From: Ptychomitrium polyphyllum
Taxonomy: Eukaryota
Assembly: GCA_973851085.1 (NCBI GenBank)
Contig: OZ316775.1
Span: forward strand, 12,958,001 to 13,022,000
Reading direction: 5' to 3'
DNA: 64,000 nt
The notes beneath the pieces were generated by a model. That model saw only the letters and a list, made by a program, of their open reading frames with translations. It searched no databases and had not been told where the DNA came from. Below are positions 27,901 through 40,386 of this stretch, in pieces (positions within the stretch are counted from its first letter, which is position 1; each line of letters starts with the position of its first letter). Position numbers and translations under genes: made by a program.

Positions 27901-30229
27901 TTTTTCTGTGAAGACCTCACCAAAAGGTCGGCAAGGTTTGACTTATATTGTAAATGAGCAAAGTGCTAATGCCATATTCTGTTTGGTATGCAGCATGTGG
28001 CAGACCGGTTTGCAAAACAATACTGCGCTTTGGTAGGTTCTGCTGAATCTGTTTTTTTGGGGTACTTATGTGTCCCGAATGTCTAGACTAACTCTAGGTG
28101 CCATGATCTTTCGAGAAGCACTTGTTGCCGCGGGGATTTCAGTGATTAGTACAACAGTTGCTTCTCATGATACAATCATGTGCTAAGATGAGCCAGTTTC
28201 AGAGCACAAGGATTTGTGTAACTCATCCTAAAATCTGAGTTCATCTATGTTCGTCAGCAGTGAGGCTTTGCAGCGGATGTGGGATAAAATAAGTTTTCCT
28301 TAGGTCTTGGAATCTTTTCAAATTCGTTAAACCAGCTGGTCTTATTTTTTCAGCCTTCTCATAACTCATTTGTTTTTTGTGGCCAGCTTAAGAAGGAAAA
28401 TTATGAGCTGGTATCAGATGAAGTTCAACAGAGTGCACCTCGAAACCCAGTAGTTAATGCAGCCTCAAGTGCTCGACCCATGCCTGCTGGTGCCTCTACA
28501 TTGGGCAACCCCCAAGTTGGCCATCTTGCAACTACGCAAAGGGCTGGAATGAATCCACAGTTGATGCAGGGTTCTATACCAGGCAATGTAATATCTACTC
28601 ATAATCCAATGCAGCCATCATCCCCTAGTCAGTTGGCTGCTAACCGAATGCCGCCGCCTTCTAATGCTCCAAGTCGGCAGCAGATTATGAACACTCATTT
28701 AGGGCAACAAGCTATTTCTTCAAATGTTAAACCTGCTCAATTAGACTCTTCTCAAGCATCTCAGCTAGCAGCTCAACAACAGCAACATCACCAATTGCAG
28801 CAGCAGGTACAGCTGCAGCGGCAACCACAACAGCAGCAACAACAACAGCAACATCAACAACATCAGATGGTGGCTGCTTCACAATTGGCCCAATTGACGG
28901 GTCAGGTAGGTCTTCATCCTCGTTTCTTGATTGTGGTTGTTCCTCTTTTCCACTCGAGCTTGTACTTGCTATTTAGGTGAATTTGAAGTCTAAGTTGTTT
29001 CTATCACGAATTGACGTGGCCAGGGACAAAACTCGGTTGCCCCTCAACTGGTTGCCCAGCCTAACCAGCTCCAGCAGCTACAGTATATTCACCAACAGCA
29101 GCAGCATCAGCAGCAACAACAGGCACGCCAACACCAACACCATCAGCTTCTCAATCAACGGAAACTCATGTTACCAGGGAATATGGGAAACACGCTGGCA
29201 GGCATGAATAATATGAATGGAGTAGGCATGCCAGCAACTGCAGGTGGGCAAGCAAGTCTAGCCAACATGGTTAACCTGGGGGGAATGAATAACGTTGGCA
29301 TGGGTGGAATGAGCCCGATGACATCCATGTCTGGAATGTCATCCATTGGAGGAATGTCTAGTCTTGCAAATATGGGTCAATTGAGTGCCATGAGCGCCAT
29401 GGGACAGCAGGGGAATCTTCTCAGACCCGGGACTATGAACCAGCAGGCTGCTGCTTTACAAGCGTCTAAAGTGCAACAACTAGCTGCAGCTGGGAGGGGG
29501 CGGACAGGTACTGGTGTGCTTCCGAATACTGCTGGTGGAGTGCGAACTCAGGTGGATGCACTCTCAGCACTACAAGGTGCAAACCAGGTGCATGGAGGAG
29601 CTGGCGTTTCATTAATGGGACAGAGCATGAATCGGGGCAACAATCTTGGTCCAATGCAACGAGCTCCAGCTACAGGGCTTGCGTCTCCCAAGGTCCCCTC
29701 CGCAAATCAGAATTATTACTTGAATCCTTCGCAGCTTAGTGCTCAGCAACAACAGCTGAAGTCACAGGGTGCTCAGCAGCTGAATTCCCAGCAACAGCAC
29801 CAGCAACAGCACCAGCAACAGCACCAGCAGCAACAACAGCAACAACAACACCAGCAGCAGCTGCTCAACTCGCAGCAGCAGCAACAGCAGCAGTTACTCA
29901 CCTCGCAGCAGCTGAATTCTCAACAATTGAACACACAGCAGCTTAATTCCCAACCACTGAACACACAGCAACTGAATTCTCAACAACTGAACACGCAACA
30001 GCAACAGCAGTTGAGTGGGGGTGGCAGCCTGAATTCACTAGTTGGAAATCCTGCGAGCCCACAGCTCAGTAGTGGTCAAAGTCTAAGTGGCGGGGGGAAC
30101 ATGGGTGTAAGCTCATCAGCAGCGGCAGCGGCGGCTGCTGCCCGAGCTCCTGTATTACCGTCAAGGAGGCCCACTATGCCACAGCCAGGCCAACCACCAC
30201 AAACGGGACAGCCTACACAATCCCAATAG
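21904..30229 (+). CDS. PHL: PHYTOCHROME-DEPENDENT LATE-FLOWERING-like protein (Spt20-domain SAGA subunit) with Q/M/N-rich C-terminus
   Basis: Starts MVGISFKISKSG. Spliced exons give SFAINLFPDGFSI, LLPYGR, AIDGGWIPSTLLEDIPCKYIDGCVVCE|LRDYR, NIIKDL...WTYQECL|ELEARLINTVQAPLCLDPTP and SLVGGNINSRKTR, matching the plant PHL/Spt20 architecture. PolyQ tail; stop at 30227-30229. Confidence 0.9.
27394..27670 (+). other. Non-canonical GC-AG intron in PHL
   Basis: Donor AAG|GCAAGT and acceptor AACAG|. Splicing joins ...DQAYQ-G-GMNFQPAFHRSRKRL in frame. Confidence 0.8.
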
Positions 30230-33200
30230 GTTATTACGAGTTTGGTGTGCTGAGCTGTTTCTTGTATATTATAGTCCAGGCCAGAACATTCAGTTAGTGA
30301 AGGTCGAGAGCTGCGGGTTGGTCTTCATCTTATGAAATGATCAATATTCAAGCTTGTTCTGGACTTCTCGTGGACATCTTTGCCCGGTGATAGCTCTGTG
30401 AAGCGTCGGATCTTGTCCTTGTACAGTAAATAAACTGAAGACAAGCTTACCATTTCAGCACTTCTAGTACGTCCTCAATTCTGGGTCGCTTTTCTACCAA
30501 ATACATCATGCAATTCCGTGTCATTTAGTTGGTTGATTTAAAGTTCCCTAATCGCATAGAAAATCTTACAGTTGCTGGCCTAACTGACGGTACTTGCCTG
30601 CCACAGTGGCAGCTGTACTAAAAATCGTACTTATTGTCATAGGGCGTTTACTGCCGTGGTAAATCACTTTATAGGTGACGTTATTTGCAAAGAGTTTCTA
30701 AAGTGCCTTGTCCCAATTGAAATCTAGTTGACATTTGGAACTGCTGACACTCGCTTGGCGGTTTACTTTTAAGCTTCATTGCAAGATATCTACAATTGGT
30801 GACGCTGAATACAATATTTCAATGCAGTGCTATTGCAGAGGAAAGAGATGTTACTGGAAGGTGGAGGAAGTGATACCAAGGTACAGTAACGTAGTAGTTG
30901 TCCTGGATCTATTACAAAGGTATAAACACTAAGGTGGTTCATGTTCTGAAACGGACATTACACCACGGGGTGGTATTCATTTCAAGTGCATTTGGGTGTG
31001 TATTTCTGTATAGGTTATAAATTTCGACAAAATTCCATATCTGAGCCACTTACATAAGAATGTGTATATTGTATTCAAATAATTATCTTCTTTTTTAGAA
31101 TGCAAAATCAAATGTCTTCCTCCATTCCAAACCATTTCTTCACAGGCTGAATATTTTGTGCGCAATGGATGAATGTGCTCAGTTTTTGTGCCTTCTAATT
31201 TATGTGGTTTTTGTACTGACACATCCCCATTATTATCAAGTAGTAGGTGCACATGTATTTGTCTACAAGTTAGTAAATTGGTGGAAGCTTCTCACTGTCT
31301 AATTCCTCCTTGTTGGATTAACAAACAAAATTTATTTTTCAAATTTTTCCTCATTTAGTTTCAATAACTTCTCCATATCTTATGATTTTCTTTCAACAAA
31401 TTGATCTTCATTTAACAGATTCAATTGTGTGTGTTTAAAATTGGATTTCAATCTTTGTGACTTCTAAAAGAATATTTGTTTATATAACAATCACTTGGTT
31501 TAAACTTTAAACCATCCTAAGAGCAACTTCCAAACAACAATTTTGAGGTGGAATATCACATTTGCACTACAAGAAAAGTTATGTTTTGTTTGAATACAAA
31601 GGAATAATTTACAAAGACAAAATTTGTTAACTTCAACTATTTGACTTAATTACCATTTTGACAAAGCGGCGTCATAATAATAATAATTTTCAAATCCACA
31701 TTCCACCTCAATATAAGCGTTTGCAAGATTTAATGTCATGATAAATTAGGAATAATATGTTAGCATTATCATTCTAATATTCTACGTATGTATTGAAATT
31801 GACTTATTTTAAAAAAAAATTTATTCAATTTTAAACTAAAAGATACATATATTCTTTGCAAATTTGTTAAATTCACATTTTTTTATCAATAGTAAAACGG
31901 AGAGTTAAATAAATATATATTTGTACAATTGCAAAACATGTATAAGTGCACATTATAAAATTAATATTACAATAGGTTATTGAATACTCTACATAATTTG
32001 GATATATTCCAATATACACATTGTTAAAAATAGATAAAATTATGGTTGAGATTCAAAATAATATTTTATGCTTGAATATTAACCTAACACTCATGTGAAG
32101 AATATAAATGTTTTCAATATAAAGAATCTACACAAAAATGACATCTCCTTGAATTTCTTGTAACATTATCTATATTCTATAATAATTAAAAAATTCTTGT
32201 TTTAAATTGCTAATTTTTATAATCTTCCATGTTTTATACCAAATTACTTCTCTTAAAAGAGGTTGTAAAAGAATATACAAAAATTAATATTTATTCAAAC
32301 AAATATTACAATATTGAAATTGTTGTTAAATTCTAGAATTGTTGGAAACAAATCTTTTTTTTTGTTTAGCCTTTAAGAGCAAGTAGATTTGAACTTGGAA
32401 GATGATAATAGCAATGGCATGCAAGCTTTTATCTTAAAATTTTGCAATAGAAAGACAATTATTATTAGCATCATTTTCTTTTTCAACCTTATTAAGACCA
32501 TTGTTTGTAGCACTACCACCATGAAGAAATGGAAGGAGCATATTTAATATCTTTAATTGCTTCTATTATTTTTTTAATTTTCTTTTTCACTTTGCTTTTG
32601 TGGTGCCTTAATGATCTCACAATTTTAGTTGTTAGGCATTGCATTGCAAAGTTTACAATTGTCCATTTCTTTTCTTTCCTTAAATTTTTCAAACAAATGC
32701 ATATTAAATACTATTACGCCTCTACAACCCTAAAATTTATTAAGTGCATGAATTTAAAATTGAAATGATTACAACTAAAATTAAAAATTAAAAAATTTAG
32801 AAAAAAAGAATTTTATAGTTCATTCTACAATTGCTTGAAAATAATAAAATAATATTAGATAAGAAAGCAAGATTTGGTTGAAAGAAGGCCCTCCCAATGT
32901 TATTATTTTAGCCATGTTATTAAAACAATCCATGACACAGAAAAAAGTGTTTGACAAAATTTTTTATTAACTTCATGAAAGTTGCCAATTATTGCTGTAC
33001 ACATTCTTGTTCAATTTCAAACATCAAATGTACTTTTGTAATACTTTTGTAAAAAAAAACCAAGAACACTTACCGGATGCCTACCCAATACCGTCACTGT
33101 ACCCTAAAACCGATAGTATGTACTGCCGTTTTGTTGCAGTGACGGTGTTAGGCATGCATCCTTTGAGAACTATTAATCTGTGTAGGGCTTGGATATGTGA

Positions 33201-33342
33201 GTTCTTCGGAGCTGAACGGGACCCGCGGGCGCAATGAATCGAACGCCCTGGTGCCCAAGTTGGGGATCGCAAGGCGGAGTGGCGCCGGGACGGTTCCCGG
33301 GCGTTCCCCTGCCCTGCCAGTGCAGACCCATATAGGAAGGGG

Positions 33343-33351
33343 AAACCCTAA
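33343..33351 (+). promoter_or_regulatory. Telo-box (AAACCCTAA) upstream of RPL35a
   Basis: Exact telo-box 82 nt before the ATG. Reverse copies occur in intron 1 (33590-33598) and in the 3'-UTR intron (34773-34781). Telo-boxes are typical of plant ribosomal protein genes. Confidence 0.75.
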
Positions 33352-33432
33352 TTGGTGCTCTTTGGAGTCTCTCGTCCATCATCGCCATCGCCATCACTGG
33401 CCCTCTGCGGCGGACCTTCGCACCTTCCAGCT

Positions 33433-34656
33433 ATGGTGGAACGCAAGGGGGAGCGCGTCAGGTGCCTCTTTCCTCCTCTCCTCACCCTGCATTTTATGAA
33501 TCGTTTACAGGAGGTGATAAAGGAGGTTTGAGTTTCGTGGAGATGCCCAATCCCAAGTTTTTTGTAGGGTTTGGTGGAGACGCCTAGTCTTAGGGTTTGA
33601 TGTTTCGGTGTGGAGTGCCGTTACTTTTTCTTTTCGCAAGAGATCAGTGGCCATGCTCTGAATTTTACGTTACCGTGACGCTGAGAATCAAACTATTTGA
33701 GATTCTCTCGTTGGCGATGCTTCGAGCTGTTGTAAGTGACGGGGTTTCTTGTTTTTTGACAGGTTGTACGTTCGGGGGACCATCCTCGGATACAAGAGGT
33801 AATGTGCTTTCGAGCTTTCTGAGTGTGGTGGTGGTGGTAATATGGTCTTGGTTAGTGTAGTCTAGGACTGGTTGCTGTGATAGGGTTGGATGTGTAATTT
33901 ACAGTGGAGTGATGTCGTGTGTTGGTTTTTAGTGGATACTAATGTTTGCAGGTTCTTGTGATTCTCTTAGAGGGATAGTTCCAACAATAATCTTGTGATT
34001 GGGTTGTTTTTCTGAGTTGAAATGATGACTCCTTTGTTCTGAGAAGTGGATCCGTGTATGTGCAGGTCCAAGTCTAACCAGTACCCCAGCACCTCGCTTC
34101 TTCAGATTGAAGGTGTCAACACTTCTGAGGAAGTTAACTGGTACCTTGGAAAGAGGTTGGCCTATGTTTACAAGGCCAAGACCAAGAAGAATGGATCCCA
34201 GTTCCGGTGCGTATGGGGCAAGGTGGCTCGCCCACACGGTAAAAGCGGAGTCGTCCGCGCCAGATTCAGGAGCAACCTCCCCCCTTCTTCTCTGGTATGT
34301 TGGAGCCCCTGGTATAATCTTCCATCCATATTTTTTCCGAGAATCTGATGTGAAATGATTAGGGTACATGGAGTGGGTATTTTCTTACGATTTGTTGCTT
34401 CTCCTGCTCTGACCAAAAACTGGGAAGTTCAAATAAACTTTTCTTCTTTCACATGTACAAGTCTCTAGGGGGCTGCGTTTGCCCCCTAGATTTAAGTTCC
34501 CTCATTGTTCATGCAAGGGCTATTAGGTGACTTTACAGTGTCAGGTACTCATTGATCATTTAACGTTCATCTGCAAAGACTTCTGGCATAGACTTATCCT
34601 TATTGTGATTTCAGGGTGCCAGAGTAAGGGTGTTCATGTACCCTAGCCGCATTTAA
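33433..34656 (+). CDS. RPL35a: 60S ribosomal protein L35a (eL33)
   Basis: Exons 33433-33461, 33763-33798, 34066-34294, 34615-34656 give [39 protein letters not shown]...[40 protein letters not shown]. Confidence 0.97.
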
Positions 34657-34660
34657 ACTG

Positions 34661-35245
34661 GTAAGAGCATTATTGAATCTGAAAAGGCTTCTAATTTGGT
34701 ATTTTATCAGCAGTTGTTTACATTTAGTGCCCATTCTTGTTCTAGAAGTATGTATCTATCTTGTGGCCATGTTTAGGGTTTAGAGCTTAGGGTGTAAGTT
34801 TTGGTTTCCAAATGGGCAAGTTTCTTTCAGGGGCGTTTGACCGCACCGTTTGTAGCGACCGGGGCCTCTTGCCTAGAATTTAAGTTCTTTTTCCATATGA
34901 CTTTTACGTTGGTTTTATGTCTTGAGGGTGTCGGGCCACATCGTCAATGACAATTGAGGCCGGACCCCTTCGATAAGCGTGTAGAACCACAGATTGGTCC
35001 TAATTTCCTTCTGTAAAAAGTTTTTTTTTGTTTTTTCTGAATTATTTTTTTCGCATTTTCTCCTCCAACTTGCGCTCTTCCAGTTCTACCTGAATTGTGA
35101 GAGTATAGGATGTATCTAAACAATAGGACGATCTCCCTTTTCGATCTTCTTTAGAGGAATTAGCGAGCAATTTTATTATTGAAACAGTGTGAAATCATTA
35201 TATGATATTTATCAATAATATTACTATGGTGGTTTTCACATGCAG
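34661..35245 (+). other. Probable 3'-UTR intron of RPL35a
   Basis: Strong donor TG|GTAAGA 4 nt after the stop codon. Best acceptor is TTTTCACATGCAG at 35245. Confidence 0.6.
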
Positions 35246-35947
35246 GAGCTCTTGGACTAAAGTGGGTGTTAATGGATTCCAGGAAGACCTTTGTAGTGTC
35301 CTAGTCCTGGGCATTGTAGAACATTTAAATATGGCAGAGGGTGTGAAGATGTGGACACCGTTTTTCCTAAAGAAAGTTCAATGTATCATTGTTCTTTTAA
35401 ATTCGCTGACTGATTGGATTTAAGTGCACAGAGCCCGCTCTTTACTCAATTGTTCCAACAATGATGTTTACTGATGCTTGTACTTGTACACATTTAGCTT
35501 CACCAATGTTATCTACTGTTGGTCTTCAGTTTATCGTTTGGAATGTTGGGCACGATGCTCCTAACATGTAATACAGTAATATCTACAGTAGTTACGAATA
35601 AACGGTATCTTGCATCTGAATACTGCAGTGAGCATATCAATTCCCTAATTTGGAACGTATTTCGTGTGTACTCTAGTGTGTACCCGGGTTTCAACAATTT
35701 CCTGTTACAGGTACCAACTACACAGCCGTCGATCTGACGTGGGGAAGATGAAGGTGCCCAGTGCGCATGCTTTGTTCCCACCTCATCCATCAGTTTCATC
35801 GTCACAGCCTAACTTTGCGTGCAATCTTCTTTCGGATAATTCATGTCATCAGATCATTGCGGATGCCCCACGATGTTGCACATCCGAATTCTTCACGCTT
35901 CTTGGCAAGGTGGACAATCAGGTTTTGGTGCTATACGTAGTGAAGTC

Positions 35948-35972
35948 ATATATATATATATATATATATATA
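35948..35972. repeat. (AT)n microsatellite
   Basis: Perfect AT dinucleotide run. Confidence 0.9.
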
Positions 35973-36787
35973 ACATACTAACAGACATTACATACATTAC
36001 TAACATATACAATGCAAAGAATTGAGTCCAATTATTAATTACAATCCTAAGTCTTCAATTTGTTTTGGATTTTTTCATAGTAAAGTTTTTGAACCTCTTA
36101 ATTACATTATATTATTAGCTTCAATAAAATTTCACCGAATTAAAATTTTTCACCACAACTAAACTGCCAAATTCATAAGAAGGTGGAGGATGCTTCTAAA
36201 TCCAATTTTGGAATTTAAACATAGTGAAAACCTTCTAGATCTTTACTTTAGTTCCAAAAAAGGTTTCTAAATTTGATAAGTAAAAGTTGACGACTGGTGA
36301 TTGCAGATAAATACTGAAGTTTTAAGACAGATGTGGCCTTTAATATTCTATTCAAGGTATATTGGATTATAATAGTGCATATTAATTCAGCCTAAAACTC
36401 TGCGTCAAACCTTTGGTTATGAAATTAGATTCCTGCACTTTTAAAACATTGTATGTTCTTACTAAGTGCAATGTATGTTATACTCTTGTGCATAGTAAGA
36501 CATACAACGACACATTGCAAAAACAACTTCCTGATGTTTATTTTACACTAATCCAGATTTTGCTGCCAGTGGCCTAGTGACAAAAGTTGGACAATAATCT
36601 CATTAGCTTGATCACTATAATGATTTTTGATAACAGGAATAACAATTCCATTAGGATGGAGGTGATTCCCTGGATTTGATGGTTCATATTTCATTTAAAA
36701 CCTTGGATTTACTTTAAATATGTATGGTTATTTCCCATATTAAAGCTTTTTTCAACCAGTTTGGATGTGCAGTGTATCTTTCACAAG

Positions 36788-37681
36788 ATGGGAAGGAAAA
36801 AGATTGAGTGCAATATTCTCCGTCCAAAGGAAAAGATCAATATCACGTTCAACAAACGAAAAGAAGGTCTAAAGAACAAAGCACAGGAGCTAGGTATTTT
36901 ATGTGGTTGTGAAGTGGCCCTCGTAGTATTCCCACCCAAGGGATACAACAGCCAAGAAGTGATTGACTTGTCAGTCAACGGGACCATTCCTGATATATTC
37001 CGCAGATATTCTATGTTTCAACAGCAAAACCCTGGAAGAAGGCAGTTGCTGTTCATCCCACAATCACCTACCTCTCCTCGAAAGCAACGATCATTTCAAG
37101 CAAGTTCGAAGAGGAATAAATACGCACCATCATCTAGCACAGGTCCTCGAGTTCGACAGTCTCGTCAAGTAAGCCTGGAACTAGATGGTTATGCTCCACT
37201 GATGGGTCATGGTATGCAACCTGTATACATAAATCCAAATACACATCTCAGTAAGCAGCAGCAACACCAAGTACAAGCACCGTACCTGCCTCATAACATG
37301 CAAGGTATGCAACACGGTGGCAATCTGCACCACGGAACTTTACAGCATGGAAATCTGCCACAATATATTCAGCAAAATGGAAACCACAATCCTCTACAAC
37401 GTAATAATCATGTCCCACCACAACACGGTAGTCATGTTCCTCCTCAGCAGGTACTTGGTACAAATTACATGCCTGGAACGATAAGTCATGATCAAAGAGT
37501 GGACTACCTGCAACCAACCAATCAACTCAATATGAATATGTCTGATTTATTACAACATCAGCAGCAAGCATTGTACAATGAAGGAGCTAGAACTAGTGCT
37601 CCATCTTCTGGATATGCTACTTTTGCACCACCCAGGGACTCACCAGATTCCGATGGTACCATTGATATCGCACAAAACTAA
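36788..37681 (+). CDS. Type I MADS-box transcription factor (intronless, 297 aa)
   Basis: MGRKKIECNILRPKEKINITFNKRKEGLKNKAQELGILCGCEVALVVF is a divergent MADS domain. Single exon, no K-box, Q/H/N-rich C-terminus. Confidence 0.9.
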   Translation: MGRKKIECNILRPKEKINITFNKRKEGLKNKAQELGILCGCEVALVVFPPKGYNSQEVIDLSVNGTIPDIFRRYSMFQQQNPGRRQLLFIPQSPTSPRKQRSFQASSKRNKYAPSSSTGPRVRQSRQVSLELDGYAPLMGHGMQPVYINPNTHLSKQQQHQVQAPYLPHNMQGMQHGGNLHHGTLQHGNLPQYIQQNGNHNPLQRNNHVPPQHGSHVPPQQVLGTNYMPGTISHDQRVDYLQPTNQLNMNMSDLLQHQQQALYNEGARTSAPSSGYATFAPPRDSPDSDGTIDIAQN

Positions 37682-39136
37682 GCCCAGGTGTTTCTCTGGA
37701 ACGGATTGTATGATTAACGATTTCGGGTCAAATTCAGAGCCCTATTCCTTTCCGCCAATAGCGGAATCTGCGGGTTCTGAGGGAAGAGAATACTTTATAT
37801 TGAACACGATAACTATGCATATACGCAACAGGCTTAGGGTTTGTACAATGAAGTCTGAGGTCCTAATTTTCTTGATTCCTTCCTCCAGGACCTTACCGAA
37901 TGTAGGGAGGAAGATCTTTGCATTTAAGTTTTATCTCCTATCACAACACGAACTAAAAATTAAGTCTCGGAATTTTTTTAAAGTTCACTACTACTGCTTC
38001 TAGAGCTGGAGCTGGCTGGGCTTCTTACAAGTCGAAACGCAGTTGACTTTTGCAGGAGGAACCGAAAGGGGATTAACATGTGAAAACGGAGGAGCAAATT
38101 TTAAATTAGTAATTACAGTGGCGTGATGCACAGATGATCTAAAAAATCCTTTGTCAGGAAATCATTATGATCCCGTTTATAGGTTAAGATGGAGATCATG
38201 TTTGTCATCATATGTGTTAAAGAACATTGCCTTCACTCAGTTGAAGAAGTCGTTTTAAAATTTTGCCCACAACGTAAGCGTCATCGTGCATCAACCTTCC
38301 GTTCATTCGTCCCAAACTAGAGAGCAGCATAATGACGTCCTACTCAGGGTAGTATAAACCTGAATACTCTCTCATCAAGAAAATATAAGGACAGACATGG
38401 AAGTAACGATCTCGCAAAAAAGATGCGTCACAAGATACCGCCCAAGCCCTTTTACTCTAGCAACTCTTTCTTCAACAAGGCTCACAGGTTACCCTACTCT
38501 TGTTGCTTTTTTAAGTGCAGATTCAGGCAAGTAGTTCAACTCGAACATCAAAAAACACTCAAACCAACTGAGACCAGATCACAACAAGGTGCTCTCGTCC
38601 AACAGAACAAAGACGCGATACACAACCACTAACTGCAAAACAACCTACAAAAAAGAACGCGACCATGACAACATCTCCTCACGCGATACAACATAGAGCA
38701 CTCCCTCCGGTTCGAAAAGGAAACATAGAGAAATGCAGAAGGCACAACCACTCCCATCGTGTTCTCTTTCTTCAATCGTCTCAGAGAACACGAGCCAGAG
38801 AAGGCTCCGGCCGCAACAGAACCAACCTAAGAAACTTTCAAGCACGTGATCTAAAGCGCTATCTCCTCTAGAACTCCGCTCCTCCTGAATGGCAGCCCAG
38901 GCACCGAACGGAGATAAACAGCGCAGCGACGAGGCCGGCCAAGCCACCATAGCAGCCATAGCTTGTGCTCAAAGCACGACATCTCACGTTCCTCTGCCTC
39001 TTTAGGGCAACGCGCTCTCCGGGTATACTACCCCTATCTCCGTCCCTACCTTACTTTTATTTTGATCAAGCCGAATTTGTGCTGTTTTCAATTTACAAGT
39101 GGCTTAGGACAATTGAGGTCATAAGCTTATGTAACG

Positions 39137-39388
39137 AAATATTTCAAAGAAGCACTACATCACAAATATTTCAAAGAAGCACTACATCACAAATATTTCA
39201 AAGAAGCACTACATCACAAATATTTCAAAGAAGCACTACATCACAAATATTTCAAAGAAGCACTACATCACAAATATTTCAAAGAAGCACTACATCACAA
39301 ATATTTCAAAGAAGCACTACATCACAAATATTTCAAAGAAGCACTACATCACAAATATTTCAAAGAAGCACTACATCACAAATATTTC
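39137..39388. repeat. Perfect 27-bp minisatellite, 9.3 copies (AAATATTTCAAAGAAGCACTACATCAC)
   Basis: Nine identical units plus a 9-nt partial unit, no spacers. Confidence 0.97.
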
Positions 39389-40386
39389 TTCTCCAACCCA
39401 TTCCAACAAATTTTACTCAAAGAATACTGATATTGATATTTACTTATTAATTAATTTTACAAGGAAATTAAAATTTTAAGCCTCGAGATGCATTATAAAA
39501 CATTGGTTAAACCATCGGTGAATCTAACCAATACACACAAAGTCAGAAACTAAAAACCTACATTTGTCATTTGTGCATCAACTCCCAAATATACCTGCAC
39601 AGTAAAATTTCATAAAGACTATTTTCAAATTGTCATTTGCAAAGGGATTCTGTGATGGTTAGGGGTCAAGGGTTAAGGTGAACTTTGTAAACCGGCTGTA
39701 ACAGTAGCAAAATATTCAGATTCCTACTTCTCTCATGAAGCTCAATTATGTAACTTGATTGTCCTGTCCGATAACCTGGGCCTCTTGAACTGTGGGAATC
39801 ATATGGGTAAAGACTTCTAGTATAGCTTCTCCCGCTTGAAACTACCATCATCTCTAGAATCTTGCTGCACAAGTTTTCTTGCGATGGATTGGAATGAGCA
39901 GCTAGATCGCTACCGTCAAGCAGATCCCGAAAACATTGGCCACACATAAACCAATCTGCGGGGAGACAAAGAAAACTTTCAATTGAAACCAAAGAAAAGG
40001 AAGGGTGACACCAAAAGCTCAATCTATCATGTCAGGAAGCAAAAAGAGAAACAAGTGAATGTGTGATCCATGACCTGTGTCACTATATATTGAAGAGTAG
40101 CAATTTCAGGCCTCTGCTAATCACCTACTGTTTCCGGTCCCCTGAAAGTAAGGGATCTTGTATACTTGTATATCAATTATGAAGCACTATGATACAAACT
40201 ATCAACATATTTACATTCACGCGTGTGCAAGCAATGCTGTGTCATCAGGGCAGACGCAATTTTGTGCAGCCTAACCCTTAGTTTGAAGGGGCCTTGATTG
40301 CTAGTTTCTAGGATCATATCATCTTGCCCATAAGGAGAAATTCGCTCAGTTCTACATTGCCGGAATCGCTAGACTGGTTACCATAA

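Noticed and set aside
28276..28285. snRNA USE-like TCCCACATCC on the minus strand
   Set aside because: It lies inside a PHL intron with no TATA box at the required spacing and no snRNA body.
34353..34412. Box C/D snoRNA in RPL35a intron 3 (ATGATTA...CTGA)
   Set aside because: Imperfect C box, no terminal stem, and no contiguous rRNA-complementary guide that I could recognise.
39137..39388. CRISPR-like array, or the ORF 38965-39450 with QRSTTSQIF repeats
   Set aside because: The units abut with no spacers and the context is eukaryotic. The ORF is a by-product of a stop-free 27-nt repeat.
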